Below are positions 45,038-53,796 of a stretch of DNA of 64,000 nucleotides, piece by piece. Source of the DNA: Gammaproteobacteria bacterium (GTDB taxonomy: Bacteria; Pseudomonadota; Gammaproteobacteria; Xanthomonadales; Rhodanobacteraceae). The stretch covers positions 15,223-79,222 of the forward strand of contig JAJPHQ010000091.1 of assembly GCA_021325195.1 (NCBI GenBank), in the 5' to 3' direction. Position numbers and translations under genes: made by a program. Each line of letters starts with the position of its first letter. The first letter of the stretch is position 1. The notes below the pieces were generated by a model. That model did not search any database. It saw nothing but the letters and a program-made list of their open reading frames with translations, and was not told where the DNA came from.

Positions 45038-47202
45038 CGCGGCGGAGCAGTGCTCGCAGAGCCAGCGGGAATCACCGCCGGTCTGTATCCGGCGTACTCG
45101 GTCAGCAGCGCCTGGAAGCGCGGATCATGGCGGATCGGATCCCAGGCCGGGTCGAGCCACAGCATGACGGGCGAATAGTCGCCGCCGATGCCGGGCGTGG
45201 CCAGCGCCTGCGCGAGCAGCGGCACCGCGAGATCGGGGCGGCCGGCCTGAACGTATTGCGCGGCGTTGATTTGCATCAGTCTCGGCGCAGAAAGGTGATC
45301 GTTGCTGCTGGAAGCGATGGCCTGTGATTGCGCAAGAGCATTCAGACCTTCCGCGGTATGGCCGAGACCCAGTTCGGCCTCGGCGATGCGGTTCCAGACC
45401 GATCCCTGCTCGATGCCCTGCTGCATCTTGAGTTGCGTCCGCAGCATGGGCAAAACCTGCTCGTACAGAGGTGTGGCACGCTCCGGCTCACCCAGCCATC
45501 GCAACAGTCGCGCTTTCGTCTGCGGCTTGCCGATGACCACATAGGCAAGAAACGGATCGGGCACGTTCACGGGAACGCTGTCGAGCAGGTCCAGGGCTTC
45601 CCGGTACCGCCTCTGATAGATCAACAGCGGTACACGCGTTCCGACTTTTATGCGGTTGGAATACCCTGTGGGAGCGCTTGAGCCGCGTGGCGCAGGATCG
45701 GCCGCAGCCAGCGCTCGTGCGATGTCGCCGCTACCAAGCAGGATGCTGTGAGCCAAGTCTTCCTTGGCACTGATGTTGTCGGGCTCAAGGGTCAGGGCGC
45801 GCAGCGACCAGCGTTCGGCGTCCGGGTAACGTCCCATCACCATGTAGGTGCTGCCGATGTCTGCGGCAAGCACGGAGTTGCGCGGATTCTGGGTGAACGC
45901 CTGTTCGAACGAAACCATCGCCGCGTCGAAACGCCCCATGCGCCGTTGGGCCAACCCTTGTCCCTCGAGCGCATCGGGATCATTGGGGCGAAGCGCGAGC
46001 GCCGCCGCAAAAGCCTTGAGCGCGCCCTCGAAGTCGCGTCGCCCCCAATAGTCGTTGTACCCCAACGCGAGCTGCGCTGCCGCGAGGTCGGGCGCCAGTT
46101 TCAACGCCTGCTCGGCATCCTTGCGTGCCTGCGCACTAAGTTGCGCAGCGCTCATTCCACCGGCGCCTTCGTACGTGAAGTCGCTTTCCGCGTAGGACAG
46201 CCGCGCATAGGCCAGCGCAAAACCGGGATCCTTTTCGATGGCCTGCCGGTACAGCGGGATGGCTGCTGCGAGTCTCAGCGGGTTGCCGTCGCCGAGTTCA
46301 GCCTGATTCGTCTGGTATTCGGCACGCAGGAACAGATCATAGGCGGCCTCGTTCCGGGTCGGCACGGCGGTCAGGCGCGCCGTTTCCGTCGAGGAAAGCT
46401 TCGCATCGAGCGCGGCAGCGATCTTCTCCGCCACCTCGCCCTCGACGCCGAACACGTTGTCCAGCGTACGCGTGTAATCCTGCGCCCAGAGATGATTCTG
46501 GGTATCGGCATCGATCAACTGCACGTTGATCAGTACCTGCTTGCCCTGCTTCTGCACGCTGCCTTCCAAGATGCTGGCGACACCCAGTTGCCGGCCGACG
46601 ATTTTCAAATCATCGGGATGGCTGGCGTATTTCGCGGTGGAGGTGCGCGCGATCACCTTGAGATCGCCGATATCGGCCAGTTTGGTGAGGATCAGGTCCT
46701 GCATGCCGGCCACGAAATAATCGTTTTTCTTGTCGTCGGACAAATTCTCGAACGGCAGCACCGCGATGGATTTGGCAGGGATAGGTTGCGCGGCAATGGC
46801 GGCCACTGCGACTGCGGAGGATCGCTGCACGACGGATGTCGCGGAAGACGGCGCGGTGTTGCCTTCGACTTGCGCGGACCGTGCAGCGTGCGGCTCGTTC
46901 ACCGCAGCCGGCCCGAAACGCCACAGCAACGTGCCGCCGACCGCCAGCAGCAGGGCCAGGATCAGCAACTCGGTGCCGCTAACGCGTTGGGCGCCGCGCT
47001 CGCCGTGATACCAGGCCAGCACCAGCACCACGCACAGGCCGACCGCCAGCGCCAGGATCAGATAACGTTCGGCCGCGCCCGGCCAGTTGAAGCGTTGCGC
47101 GATGATGTCGATGCCCTGCAGCAGCGCGAACGCGAAGGCTATCCAGGCGATCGCCCACTGCACCAGCTTGCGCTGCTTCAGACGTTGCCAGAATTCGTTC
47201 AC
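45034..47202 (-). CDS. Membrane-anchored TPR-repeat protein with TolB-N-like module
   Basis: 722-aa ORF with two N-terminal TM segments. SIAVLPFENLSDDKKNDYFVAGMQDLILTKL is typical of the TolB-like module in this protein class. TPRs fill the C-terminal half. The gene ends overlap vapC by 4 nt, convergently. Confidence 0.7.
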   Translation of the reverse strand: MNEFWQRLKQRKLVQWAIAWIAFAFALLQGIDIIAQRFNWPGAAERYLILALAVGLCVVLVLAWYHGERGAQRVSGTELLILALLLAVGGTLLWRFGPAAVNEPHAARSAQVEGNTAPSSATSVVQRSSAVAVAAIAAQPIPAKSIAVLPFENLSDDKKNDYFVAGMQDLILTKLADIGDLKVIARTSTAKYASHPDDLKIVGRQLGVASILEGSVQKQGKQVLINVQLIDADTQNHLWAQDYTRTLDNVFGVEGEVAEKIAAALDAKLSSTETARLTAVPTRNEAAYDLFLRAEYQTNQAELGDGNPLRLAAAIPLYRQAIEKDPGFALAYARLSYAESDFTYEGAGGMSAAQLSAQARKDAEQALKLAPDLAAAQLALGYNDYWGRRDFEGALKAFAAALALRPNDPDALEGQGLAQRRMGRFDAAMVSFEQAFTQNPRNSVLAADIGSTYMVMGRYPDAERWSLRALTLEPDNISAKEDLAHSILLGSGDIARALAAADPAPRGSSAPTGYSNRIKVGTRVPLLIYQRRYREALDLLDSVPVNVPDPFLAYVVIGKPQTKARLLRWLGEPERATPLYEQVLPMLRTQLKMQQGIEQGSVWNRIAEAELGLGHTAEGLNALAQSQAIASSSNDHLSAPRLMQINAAQYVQAGRPDLAVPLLAQALATPGIGGDYSPVMLWLDPAWDPIRHDPRFQALLTEYAGYRPAVIPAGSASTAPPR

Positions 47203-47354
47203 GCCGACCCCAGCCGTGCCAGAACGACGCGCGTTGCCGCACGCGAGCGTTCTTTCCCGCGTGCGCCGGAATCCTAGCCGATTCTAGTCCCTGCGGCGGC
47301 CGACGGTGTCCTGTCCCTTCTCCTGCAGGGAGGGCCGAAAGCGAGGTCGCGAGA

Positions 47355-48110
47355 TCATTGATCCCGCGCCACCTGCAATCCCGCCGGCGACTGGCTGACC
47401 GGCATCATCTCGATCCGGTTGACGTTGAGGTGTGGCGGCAGGTTGGCGATCCACCACACGGTGTCGGCGATGTCCTGCCCGGTGATCGGGTGCGCGCCCT
47501 TGTAGAGCTTCTCGGACGCTTCCCGGTCGCCGCCGGTGCGCACCAGCGTGAATTCGGTTTCGGCCATGCCGGGTTCCACCGAAGTCACGCGCACGCCGCT
47601 GCCGTGCAGGTCGCAGCGCAGGCCCAGCGAGAACTGGGTGACGAAAGCCTTGGTGCCGCCGTACACGTTGCCGCCGGTGTAGGGGTAGGTGCCGGAAATG
47701 GAACCGATGTTGACGATCGCGCCGCGCCGTTCGATCAACCCCGGCAGCAGCAGACGAGTCAGCGTCACCAGCGCGGTGACGTTGGTGTCGATCATTTGCT
47801 TCCATTGCGCGAGGTCGCAGTCCTGCGCCTTGGCGGTGCCCAGCGCGAGGCCGGCGTTGTTCACCAGCACGTCGATGTTGCGGAAGCTTTCGGGCAACGC
47901 ATCGAGCGCCGCACGCATCGCGGCCTCGTCGCGGATGTCGAACGCGGCGGTGTGCACACGATTCTTGCCGAAACGCTCGACGAGCTGCGCGAGGCGCTCC
48001 GCGCGGCGCGCGAAGGCGATCACGCGCCAGCCGTTTTCAGCGAAGCGCGTCGCAATGGCTGCGCCGAAGCCGGCCGATGCGCCGGAGACCAAAACGGTCT
48101 TGGAAGTCAT
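47355..48110 (-). CDS. SDR-family NADP-dependent oxidoreductase (YdfG-like)
   Basis: 251-aa ORF with VLVSGASAGFGAA (TGxxxGxG), NNAG and YGGTK (YxxxK). Confidence 0.85.
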   Translation of the reverse strand: MTSKTVLVSGASAGFGAAIATRFAENGWRVIAFARRAERLAQLVERFGKNRVHTAAFDIRDEAAMRAALDALPESFRNIDVLVNNAGLALGTAKAQDCDLAQWKQMIDTNVTALVTLTRLLLPGLIERRGAIVNIGSISGTYPYTGGNVYGGTKAFVTQFSLGLRCDLHGSGVRVTSVEPGMAETEFTLVRTGGDREASEKLYKGAHPITGQDIADTVWWIANLPPHLNVNRIEMMPVSQSPAGLQVARDQ

Positions 48111-48124
48111 TGCGATAACCGAGA

Positions 48125-48460
48125 ATACCTAAAAGTCGATGGATTGACTCGCGCCATCCATGGCGCTCGCCCTGCGGGCCGCCTGCGGCGTTCGCGTTTG
48201 CAGTTCCCGGATCAAGTCCGGGACAGACTCTGCAAACGCGGTCGGGTTCCGCCCGCACACAACGCGGGCGGCCCCGGAATGACGAAGAGAAGCTGTACCT
48301 TTCGGAATCCCGTTGCCAGGCTCGCGCATCCAGCACTCGCCAAGCAACCCGGCCCTCGACGTCCTGTCTCGGGCGTTCAACCTCGCGCGCGATGCGCTTC
48401 AACGCATCGCGCAAGCGCTTCGGTTTCACCCCGAGTCCCGAGTCCCGAATTCTGAATTCC
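48125..48460. repeat. REP-like hairpin cluster
   Basis: The 37-nt module TTGACTCGCGCCATCCATGGCGCTCGCCCTGCGGGCC (48144-48180) recurs at 58975-59011 (35/37 identical, counted by hand). Also present are CCCCGGAATGACGAAG, GAGTCCCGAGTCCCGA and several GC-rich stems. Confidence 0.75.
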
Positions 48461-48464
48461 GGCC

Positions 48465-49088
48465 TTACCGTTCCTTCAGCGGCATCGCCTTGAAGCCGGC
48501 CGCGGCCAGCCGCTTCTGCATCGCCTGCAGTTCCGTGGCCGACGCGAATGGCCCGATCCGGACGCGGTTCCATACCTGGCCGTCCAGCGTCACCGACTGC
48601 ACGCTGGCGGTGAAACCCTGCAGCGCCAGCCTGGCTTTCATCGCGTCCGCATCGCTGGAGTTCGGAAACGCGCCGAGCTGCAGCACGTAACCGCCGCCAC
48701 CCGTCGTCGAAGCGACCTGCGTGGCGTTCGACGGCGACGCTTCGGGGCCGTTGGCCTTGGCGGCCTGCTGCTGTTCCTCTTTCGCCATTGCCGACAGTTG
48801 CGCGTCGGGAATCACGACTTCCTTTTCCGGCAGTACCTTGTAGAAATCGAACTTGGGCTGCGAAGCCGCACTGGACTGGTCGGCGATGCCGGGCGCGCTG
48901 CCTTTCGACGCGACCGCATCGGGATTGGCCTGCGGCTGATCACCGCGGCGCAGGCTGGGCAGATGCCCGCCCATCACCACGATCGCGCACAGGATCGCGC
49001 CGACCACCACGCCGCCGATGAACAGCATCCAGCCCGGAACCGCCGGAGTCCCGTTGCGTACCGCCTGCCTTCCGTTACCGCGTGCCAT
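48465..49088 (-). CDS. SPOR-domain (peptidoglycan-binding, division-associated) protein
   Basis: 207-aa ORF with one N-terminal TM segment. C-terminal SPOR pattern: YVLQLGAF…A…K..L…G……..G.VWNRVRIGPF……..Q.RL. It lies directly downstream of argS. Confidence 0.75.
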   Translation of the reverse strand: MARGNGRQAVRNGTPAVPGWMLFIGGVVVGAILCAIVVMGGHLPSLRRGDQPQANPDAVASKGSAPGIADQSSAASQPKFDFYKVLPEKEVVIPDAQLSAMAKEEQQQAAKANGPEASPSNATQVASTTGGGGYVLQLGAFPNSSDADAMKARLALQGFTASVQSVTLDGQVWNRVRIGPFASATELQAMQKRLAAAGFKAMPLKER

Positions 49089-49148
49089 GCCTGAATACCC
49101 TCGTGCGCTTCCGCTGTGCGTGCAAGCAATCGTCCGGGCGGGCTCCGT

Positions 49149-50834
49149 TCACATCGTTTCGGGCGCCGAAACGCCCAGCAATTCCAGGCCGTTCGCGAGC
49201 ACCTGCCGTGCCGCGAACGCCAGCGCCACCCGCGCGTTGCGCTGCGCCTCGTCGTCCACCAGGAACTGTTCCGCGTTGTACCAGGTGTGGAACGCGTAGG
49301 CGAGCTCGCGCAGATATTGTGCCAGCAGATGCGGTTCCAGGTTGCCGGCGGCGGCCTCCACCCCTTCCGGAAAGCGCGAGATCTCGACCAGCAGCGCGCG
49401 TGCGTGCGGGCTGTCCAGCCGGTCCAGGTGCTTCAGCGCGGGGCCGCGCTCGAACACGAAGCCGCGCTCGTGCATCTGCCGCTCCACGCTGCACACCCGC
49501 GCATGGGCATACTGGATGTAATAGACCGGGTTGTCGTTGGTCTGCGCGCGGGCGAGATCGATGTCGAACACCAGTTGCGAATCGCCCTTGCGCGCAACCA
49601 GGAAATAGCGCGTGGCATCGCGGCCGGCCTCGTCGATCAGGTCGCGCAGGGTGACGTAGCTGCCGGCGCGCTTGGAGATCTTCACCTCGCTGCCGCCCTT
49701 CATCACCGTCACCATCTGGTGCAGCACGTATTCCGGCCAGCCCTCGGGAATGCCGGCGTCCAGTGCCTGCAGCCCCGCGCGCACGCGCGCCAGCGAGCCG
49801 TGGTGGTCGGCACCCAGTTCGGTGATCGCGCGCCGGTAGCCGCGTTCCCACTTGGAAAGGTGATAGGCCACGTCCGGCACGAAGTAGGTGTAGCTGCCGT
49901 CCGACTTGCGCATCACGCGATCCTTGTCGTCGCCGAAATCGGTGGACTTCAGCCACAAGGCGCCTTCCGATTCGTACGCATGGCCCTCGGCCACGATGCG
50001 ATCGACCGTCTGCTCGACCTTGCCCTCGTTGCGCAGGGCGGATTCCAGGAAATACACGTCGAAATCGACGCCGAACGCGTGCAGGTCCTCCTCCTGCTCA
50101 CGCCGCTGCCACAGCACCGCGAAGTGGCGGATCGCCTCCAGATCGTCGGGATCGCGCGGGCTGGTGAATGCGTCGCGTCCGGCGTGCACGGTCTCGCCCG
50201 CCAGATAGGCGCGCGCGATGTCGCGCACGTATTCGCCGCGGTAGCCGTCCGCGGGCCAGCGCGGGTCGTCGGGACCGATGCCCCTGATCCGCGCCTGCAC
50301 CGACAGCGCGAAATTGTGGACCTGCGCGCCGGCATCGTTGCAGTAGAACTCGCGGACCGCCTTCCAGCCGGTGGCCGTCAGCAGCCGGCACAGCGAATCG
50401 CCGATCGCGGCGGCCCGCCCGTGGCCCACGTGCAAGGGCCCGGTGGGATTGGCCGACACGAATTCGACGCCCACCGTCTGCCCGCCTCCGCTGCGGTTGT
50501 GCCCGTAGTGCGCGCCTTCCGCGAACACCCGCCGCAGTTCGGCGTGAAAGGCCGCGTCTGCCAGAAAGAAATTGATGAAGCCGGGACCGGCGATCTCGAC
50601 GCGCTCGACCTGCGGGTTTTCAGGCAGTGCCGCGGCGAGGGTTTCGGCCACCTCGCGCGGCCTGCGGCCCAGCGGCTTGGCCAGCAGCATCGCGGCGTTG
50701 CAGGCGAAATCGCCGTGCTTGCGCGAACGCGTGCGTTCGATCACGTAGGCGGCCGGTGGTGTCCCGGCGATTTCCCCGCGGCGGTGCAGGGTTTCCAGCG
50801 CGTGCTGCAACAGCTCGTGGAGGACGTCTTTCAC
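49149..50834 (-). CDS. argS: Arginine--tRNA ligase
   Basis: ORF 49149..50891; GTG start at 50834 (VKDVLHELL…) preferred. Has the HIGH-type motif [11 protein letters not shown] and a full-length class I ArgS architecture. Confidence 0.9.
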   Translation of the reverse strand: MKDVLHELLQHALETLHRRGEIAGTPPAAYVIERTRSRKHGDFACNAAMLLAKPLGRRPREVAETLAAALPENPQVERVEIAGPGFINFFLADAAFHAELRRVFAEGAHYGHNRSGGGQTVGVEFVSANPTGPLHVGHGRAAAIGDSLCRLLTATGWKAVREFYCNDAGAQVHNFALSVQARIRGIGPDDPRWPADGYRGEYVRDIARAYLAGETVHAGRDAFTSPRDPDDLEAIRHFAVLWQRREQEEDLHAFGVDFDVYFLESALRNEGKVEQTVDRIVAEGHAYESEGALWLKSTDFGDDKDRVMRKSDGSYTYFVPDVAYHLSKWERGYRRAITELGADHHGSLARVRAGLQALDAGIPEGWPEYVLHQMVTVMKGGSEVKISKRAGSYVTLRDLIDEAGRDATRYFLVARKGDSQLVFDIDLARAQTNDNPVYYIQYAHARVCSVERQMHERGFVFERGPALKHLDRLDSPHARALLVEISRFPEGVEAAAGNLEPHLLAQYLRELAYAFHTWYNAEQFLVDDEAQRNARVALAFAARQVLANGLELLGVSAPETM

Positions 50835-50913
50835 GGAAATCGCGGCATCGGGGCAGTCCGCAATCCTAACGCAGCGTCCGGGCACGGCCAAATCCGCAGC
50901 GTGCGGAAAAGCA

Positions 50914-50934
50914 TGTGGATAACTTTGTGGAAAG
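50914..50934 (-). promoter_or_regulatory. DnaA-box pair upstream of argS
   Basis: The plus strand reads TGTGGATAA (50914-22), the reverse complement of the consensus TTATCCACA. It is followed 3 nt later by TGTGGAAAG (50926-34, 7/9). The pair lies ~80-100 nt upstream of the argS start, in argS orientation. Confidence 0.4.
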
Positions 50935-51135
50935 CGCCGGCGCGGCGGATTCGCGAAAGCCCCTGTGAGCGGCCCCTGACGCGGGTCGCGATCAGAAATT
51001 CAATACGAGACAGTGTGTTACAGAATGTTTAATGAAAGTGCAACAAGAGCGACACACAAGATCTTGTGCCGCCGCGTTGTGCATAACTGGCGACGCGGGA
51101 GACCGTCGGGGACACGCGAGCCGGCGCTGCGGCGG

Positions 51136-51801
51136 TCACATCAACCCCCGCGCCGCCATCGAGGTCGGCTCGCCTGCGCCGATCACCAGGTGGTCCAGCA
51201 CCCGCACGCCGATCAGTTGCAGCGCGTCGCGCAGTTCGCGGGTGATCGCACGGTCGGCGGCGCTGGGTTCCGCGACGCCGCTGGGATGATTGTGGGCCAG
51301 GATCACCGCCGCCGCATTGTGGCGCAGCGACGCCCGCACGACTTCGCGCGGATGCACCGATGCGCCATCCAGCGTGCCCCGGAACAGTTCCTCGAACGCC
51401 AGCACCCGGTGGCGGTTGTCCAGGAACAGGCAGGCAAACACTTCGTAGGGCTTGTGTCCGAGTTGCGCCTTCACGAACGCCGCGCTGTCGCGCGGATTGC
51501 ACAGGGCGGGCTTCGATTGCAATTCCTCGCCCAGACAGCGCCGGGCCAGTTCCAGCGCCGCGGCGAGACGCGCGCGCTTGGCCGGACCGAGGCCGGGCAC
51601 GTCGGCAAGCTCGCCGGCAAGCAGGGCATTCAAACCGCCGGCGCGTGCCAGCAGATCACGGCCCATCTCGACCGCGCTGCGTCCACGCACGCCGTGGCCA
51701 AGCAGGATCGCGATCAGTTCCGCCGGCGACAGCGCCGCCGGACCACGCGTCAGCAGCTTTTCGCGCGGACGTTCTTCGCTGGGCCAGTCGCGGATGCTCA
51801 C
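51136..51801 (-). CDS. radC: RadC-family JAB/MPN domain protein
   Basis: 221-aa ORF with an HhH region ([16 protein letters not shown]) and the JAMM motif AHNHPSG…PS..D. Confidence 0.85.
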   Translation of the reverse strand: MSIRDWPSEERPREKLLTRGPAALSPAELIAILLGHGVRGRSAVEMGRDLLARAGGLNALLAGELADVPGLGPAKRARLAAALELARRCLGEELQSKPALCNPRDSAAFVKAQLGHKPYEVFACLFLDNRHRVLAFEELFRGTLDGASVHPREVVRASLRHNAAAVILAHNHPSGVAEPSAADRAITRELRDALQLIGVRVLDHLVIGAGEPTSMAARGLM

Positions 51802-52058
51802 GCGCCGAGTGTGCGGGGGCGGAACCGGCGCGCCAAGCGGCCCTGCGGGCGGAATCCGGTAAGCTAGCCGCCGCTTCCCGTGTCAGCGAATTCTTACGTG
51901 GAAACATTCGCGCAACCCGCTGTATCGTGCCGTGACTGCGCAAGCCCGCACTTCCACAATCCCCGCGCGATCGTTGCAGGGCAACGATCGCGCCGCCGCC
52001 TCGACTGGAGGGGGCGGGAGATCGGGAGCATCGTGCGAAAACGAGACCCGAGGTGCTC

Positions 52059-53315
52059 ATGACCCTGCTTGCGGCACGTCACATTCTGGTCGGCGTGACT
52101 GGCGGCATCGCTGCCTACAAGGCCTGCGAACTGGTCCGGCGCCTGCGCGACGCGGACGCGCAGGTGCGCGTGGTGCTGACCGCAAACGCCGCGCGTTTCG
52201 TGACGGCCATGACCTTCCAGGCGCTGTCGGGACAGCCGGTGCGGAGCGGCCTGTGGGACGAGGCCGCGGAAATGGGCATGGGTCATCTGGAACTCGCGCA
52301 TTGGGCGGACGCGATCGTGATCGCACCGGCCAGCGCCGACACGCTGGCGAAACTGGCGCACGGTTTCGCCGACGATCTGCTGACGACCCTGTGCCTGGCG
52401 AGCACCGCGCCGCTTTCCGTCGCCCCGGCCATGAACCACCGGATGTGGCTGCATCCCGCCACGCGGGCGAATGTCGCCATGTTGCGCGAACGCGGTGTCG
52501 CGATCCTCGGCCCAGCCGAGGGCCCGCTGGCCGAGGGCGAATCCGGACCGGGCCGGATGCTGGAACCGCACGAGATCGTCGCGCATTTGCAACAACGGAT
52601 CGCGGACGTGCGTGGAAAAACGCCATCCATGGCGGGAGAGCTCCGTGGCGCGCTGACCGGCCTGCACGTCGTCGTCAACGCGGGGCCAACCTACGAAGAC
52701 ATCGACCCGGTGCGTTTTCTGGGCAACCGCAGCAGCGGCAAGATGGGCTTCGCCATGGCGGAAGCCGCGGCCGCGGCGGGCGCCGAGGTCACGCTGGTCG
52801 CGGGGCCGGTGTCGCTGCCGACGCCGCACGGCGTGGCGCGGCGGATCGACGTGCGCAGCGCCGAGGCGATGCGCAGGGCCGTGCTCGAGGCGACGCGGCG
52901 CGCGGACATCTTCATCGCCACCGCGGCGGTGGCCGACTGGCGCGTGCAGGACTACAGCGCGCGCAAGATCAAGAAAACCGCCTCCGGCGCGCCGACGCTG
53001 GTGCTGCGCGAAAATCCGGACATCCTGGCCGAGGTCGCGGCGCAAGAGCCGCGTCCGTTCCTGGTCGGCTTCGCCGCGGAAACCGACGACGTGGCAACGC
53101 ACGCGCGCGAAAAACTGGAACGCAAGCGGCTCGACATGCTGGCCGCCAATCACGTGAACGAACACGAAGGCATCGCCACCGACGACAACGCCCTGCAACT
53201 GTTCTGGCCGGGCGGCGGTGAACACCTGCCGCGCGCGTCCAAGCGCGAACTCGCCACCGCGCTGATCGAACGCATCGCGGCGCGCTACCGCGCGTCGCGC
53301 GGCGGCAAGCCATGA
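52059..53315 (+). CDS. coaBC: Bifunctional phosphopantothenoylcysteine decarboxylase / phosphopantothenate-cysteine ligase
   Basis: ORF 52053..53315; ATG at 52059. Has [11 protein letters not shown], and the C-terminal CoaB half has NRSSGKMG. Confidence 0.9.
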   Translation: MTLLAARHILVGVTGGIAAYKACELVRRLRDADAQVRVVLTANAARFVTAMTFQALSGQPVRSGLWDEAAEMGMGHLELAHWADAIVIAPASADTLAKLAHGFADDLLTTLCLASTAPLSVAPAMNHRMWLHPATRANVAMLRERGVAILGPAEGPLAEGESGPGRMLEPHEIVAHLQQRIADVRGKTPSMAGELRGALTGLHVVVNAGPTYEDIDPVRFLGNRSSGKMGFAMAEAAAAAGAEVTLVAGPVSLPTPHGVARRIDVRSAEAMRRAVLEATRRADIFIATAAVADWRVQDYSARKIKKTASGAPTLVLRENPDILAEVAAQEPRPFLVGFAAETDDVATHAREKLERKRLDMLAANHVNEHEGIATDDNALQLFWPGGGEHLPRASKRELATALIERIAARYRASRGGKP

Positions 53316-53791
53316 ACCGGCACGGCGGTCCCGCCGCGTTCGCGGTCGAGCTGAAGAAGCTCGACCCGCGCCTGGGCGACAGCATTCCGCTGCCCGGCTA
53401 CACCACCGGCGGCAGCGCGGCGATGGACCTGCGCGCCGCGCCCGCGGCGCCGGTCACGCTGGCGCCCGGCGACAGCGCGCTGATCCCGACCGGGCTCGCG
53501 ATCCACATCGGCGATCCGCACTGGTGCGCGCTGATCCTGCCGCGTTCGGGCCTGGGCCACCGGCACGGGCTGGTGCTGGGCAACCTCACCGGCCTGATCG
53601 ACGCCGACTACCAGGGGCCGCTGCTGATTTCCTGCTGGAACCGGGGCAACGCGCCGTTTACCATCACTCCCGGCGACCGCATCGCGCAAATGCTGTTCGT
53701 CCCGGTGGCACGCGCGAGCTGGCGCCTGGTCGAGACTTTCGCGCCCAGCGGACGCGGCACGGGGGGATTCGGCTCCACCGGAGTCGGGTGA
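53312..53791 (+). CDS. dut: dUTP diphosphatase
   Basis: 159-aa ORF with an ATGA overlap with coaBC. Motifs: [33 protein letters not shown]. Confidence 0.9.
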   Translation: MNRHGGPAAFAVELKKLDPRLGDSIPLPGYTTGGSAAMDLRAAPAAPVTLAPGDSALIPTGLAIHIGDPHWCALILPRSGLGHRHGLVLGNLTGLIDADYQGPLLISCWNRGNAPFTITPGDRIAQMLFVPVARASWRLVETFAPSGRGTGGFGSTGVG

Positions 53792-53796
53792 ACGTG

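Noticed and set aside
50914-50934. Chromosomal replication origin, because of the consensus DnaA box.
   Set aside because: There are only two boxes, no cluster of 13-mer AT-rich unwinding repeats, and no dnaA/dnaN/gidA/parAB context.
50990-51070. The AT-rich patch with the palindrome CACAAGATCTTGTG as an sRNA gene.
   Set aside because: No promoter-plus-terminator pair could be defined. Its position fits a radC terminator and/or the argS promoter region equally well.
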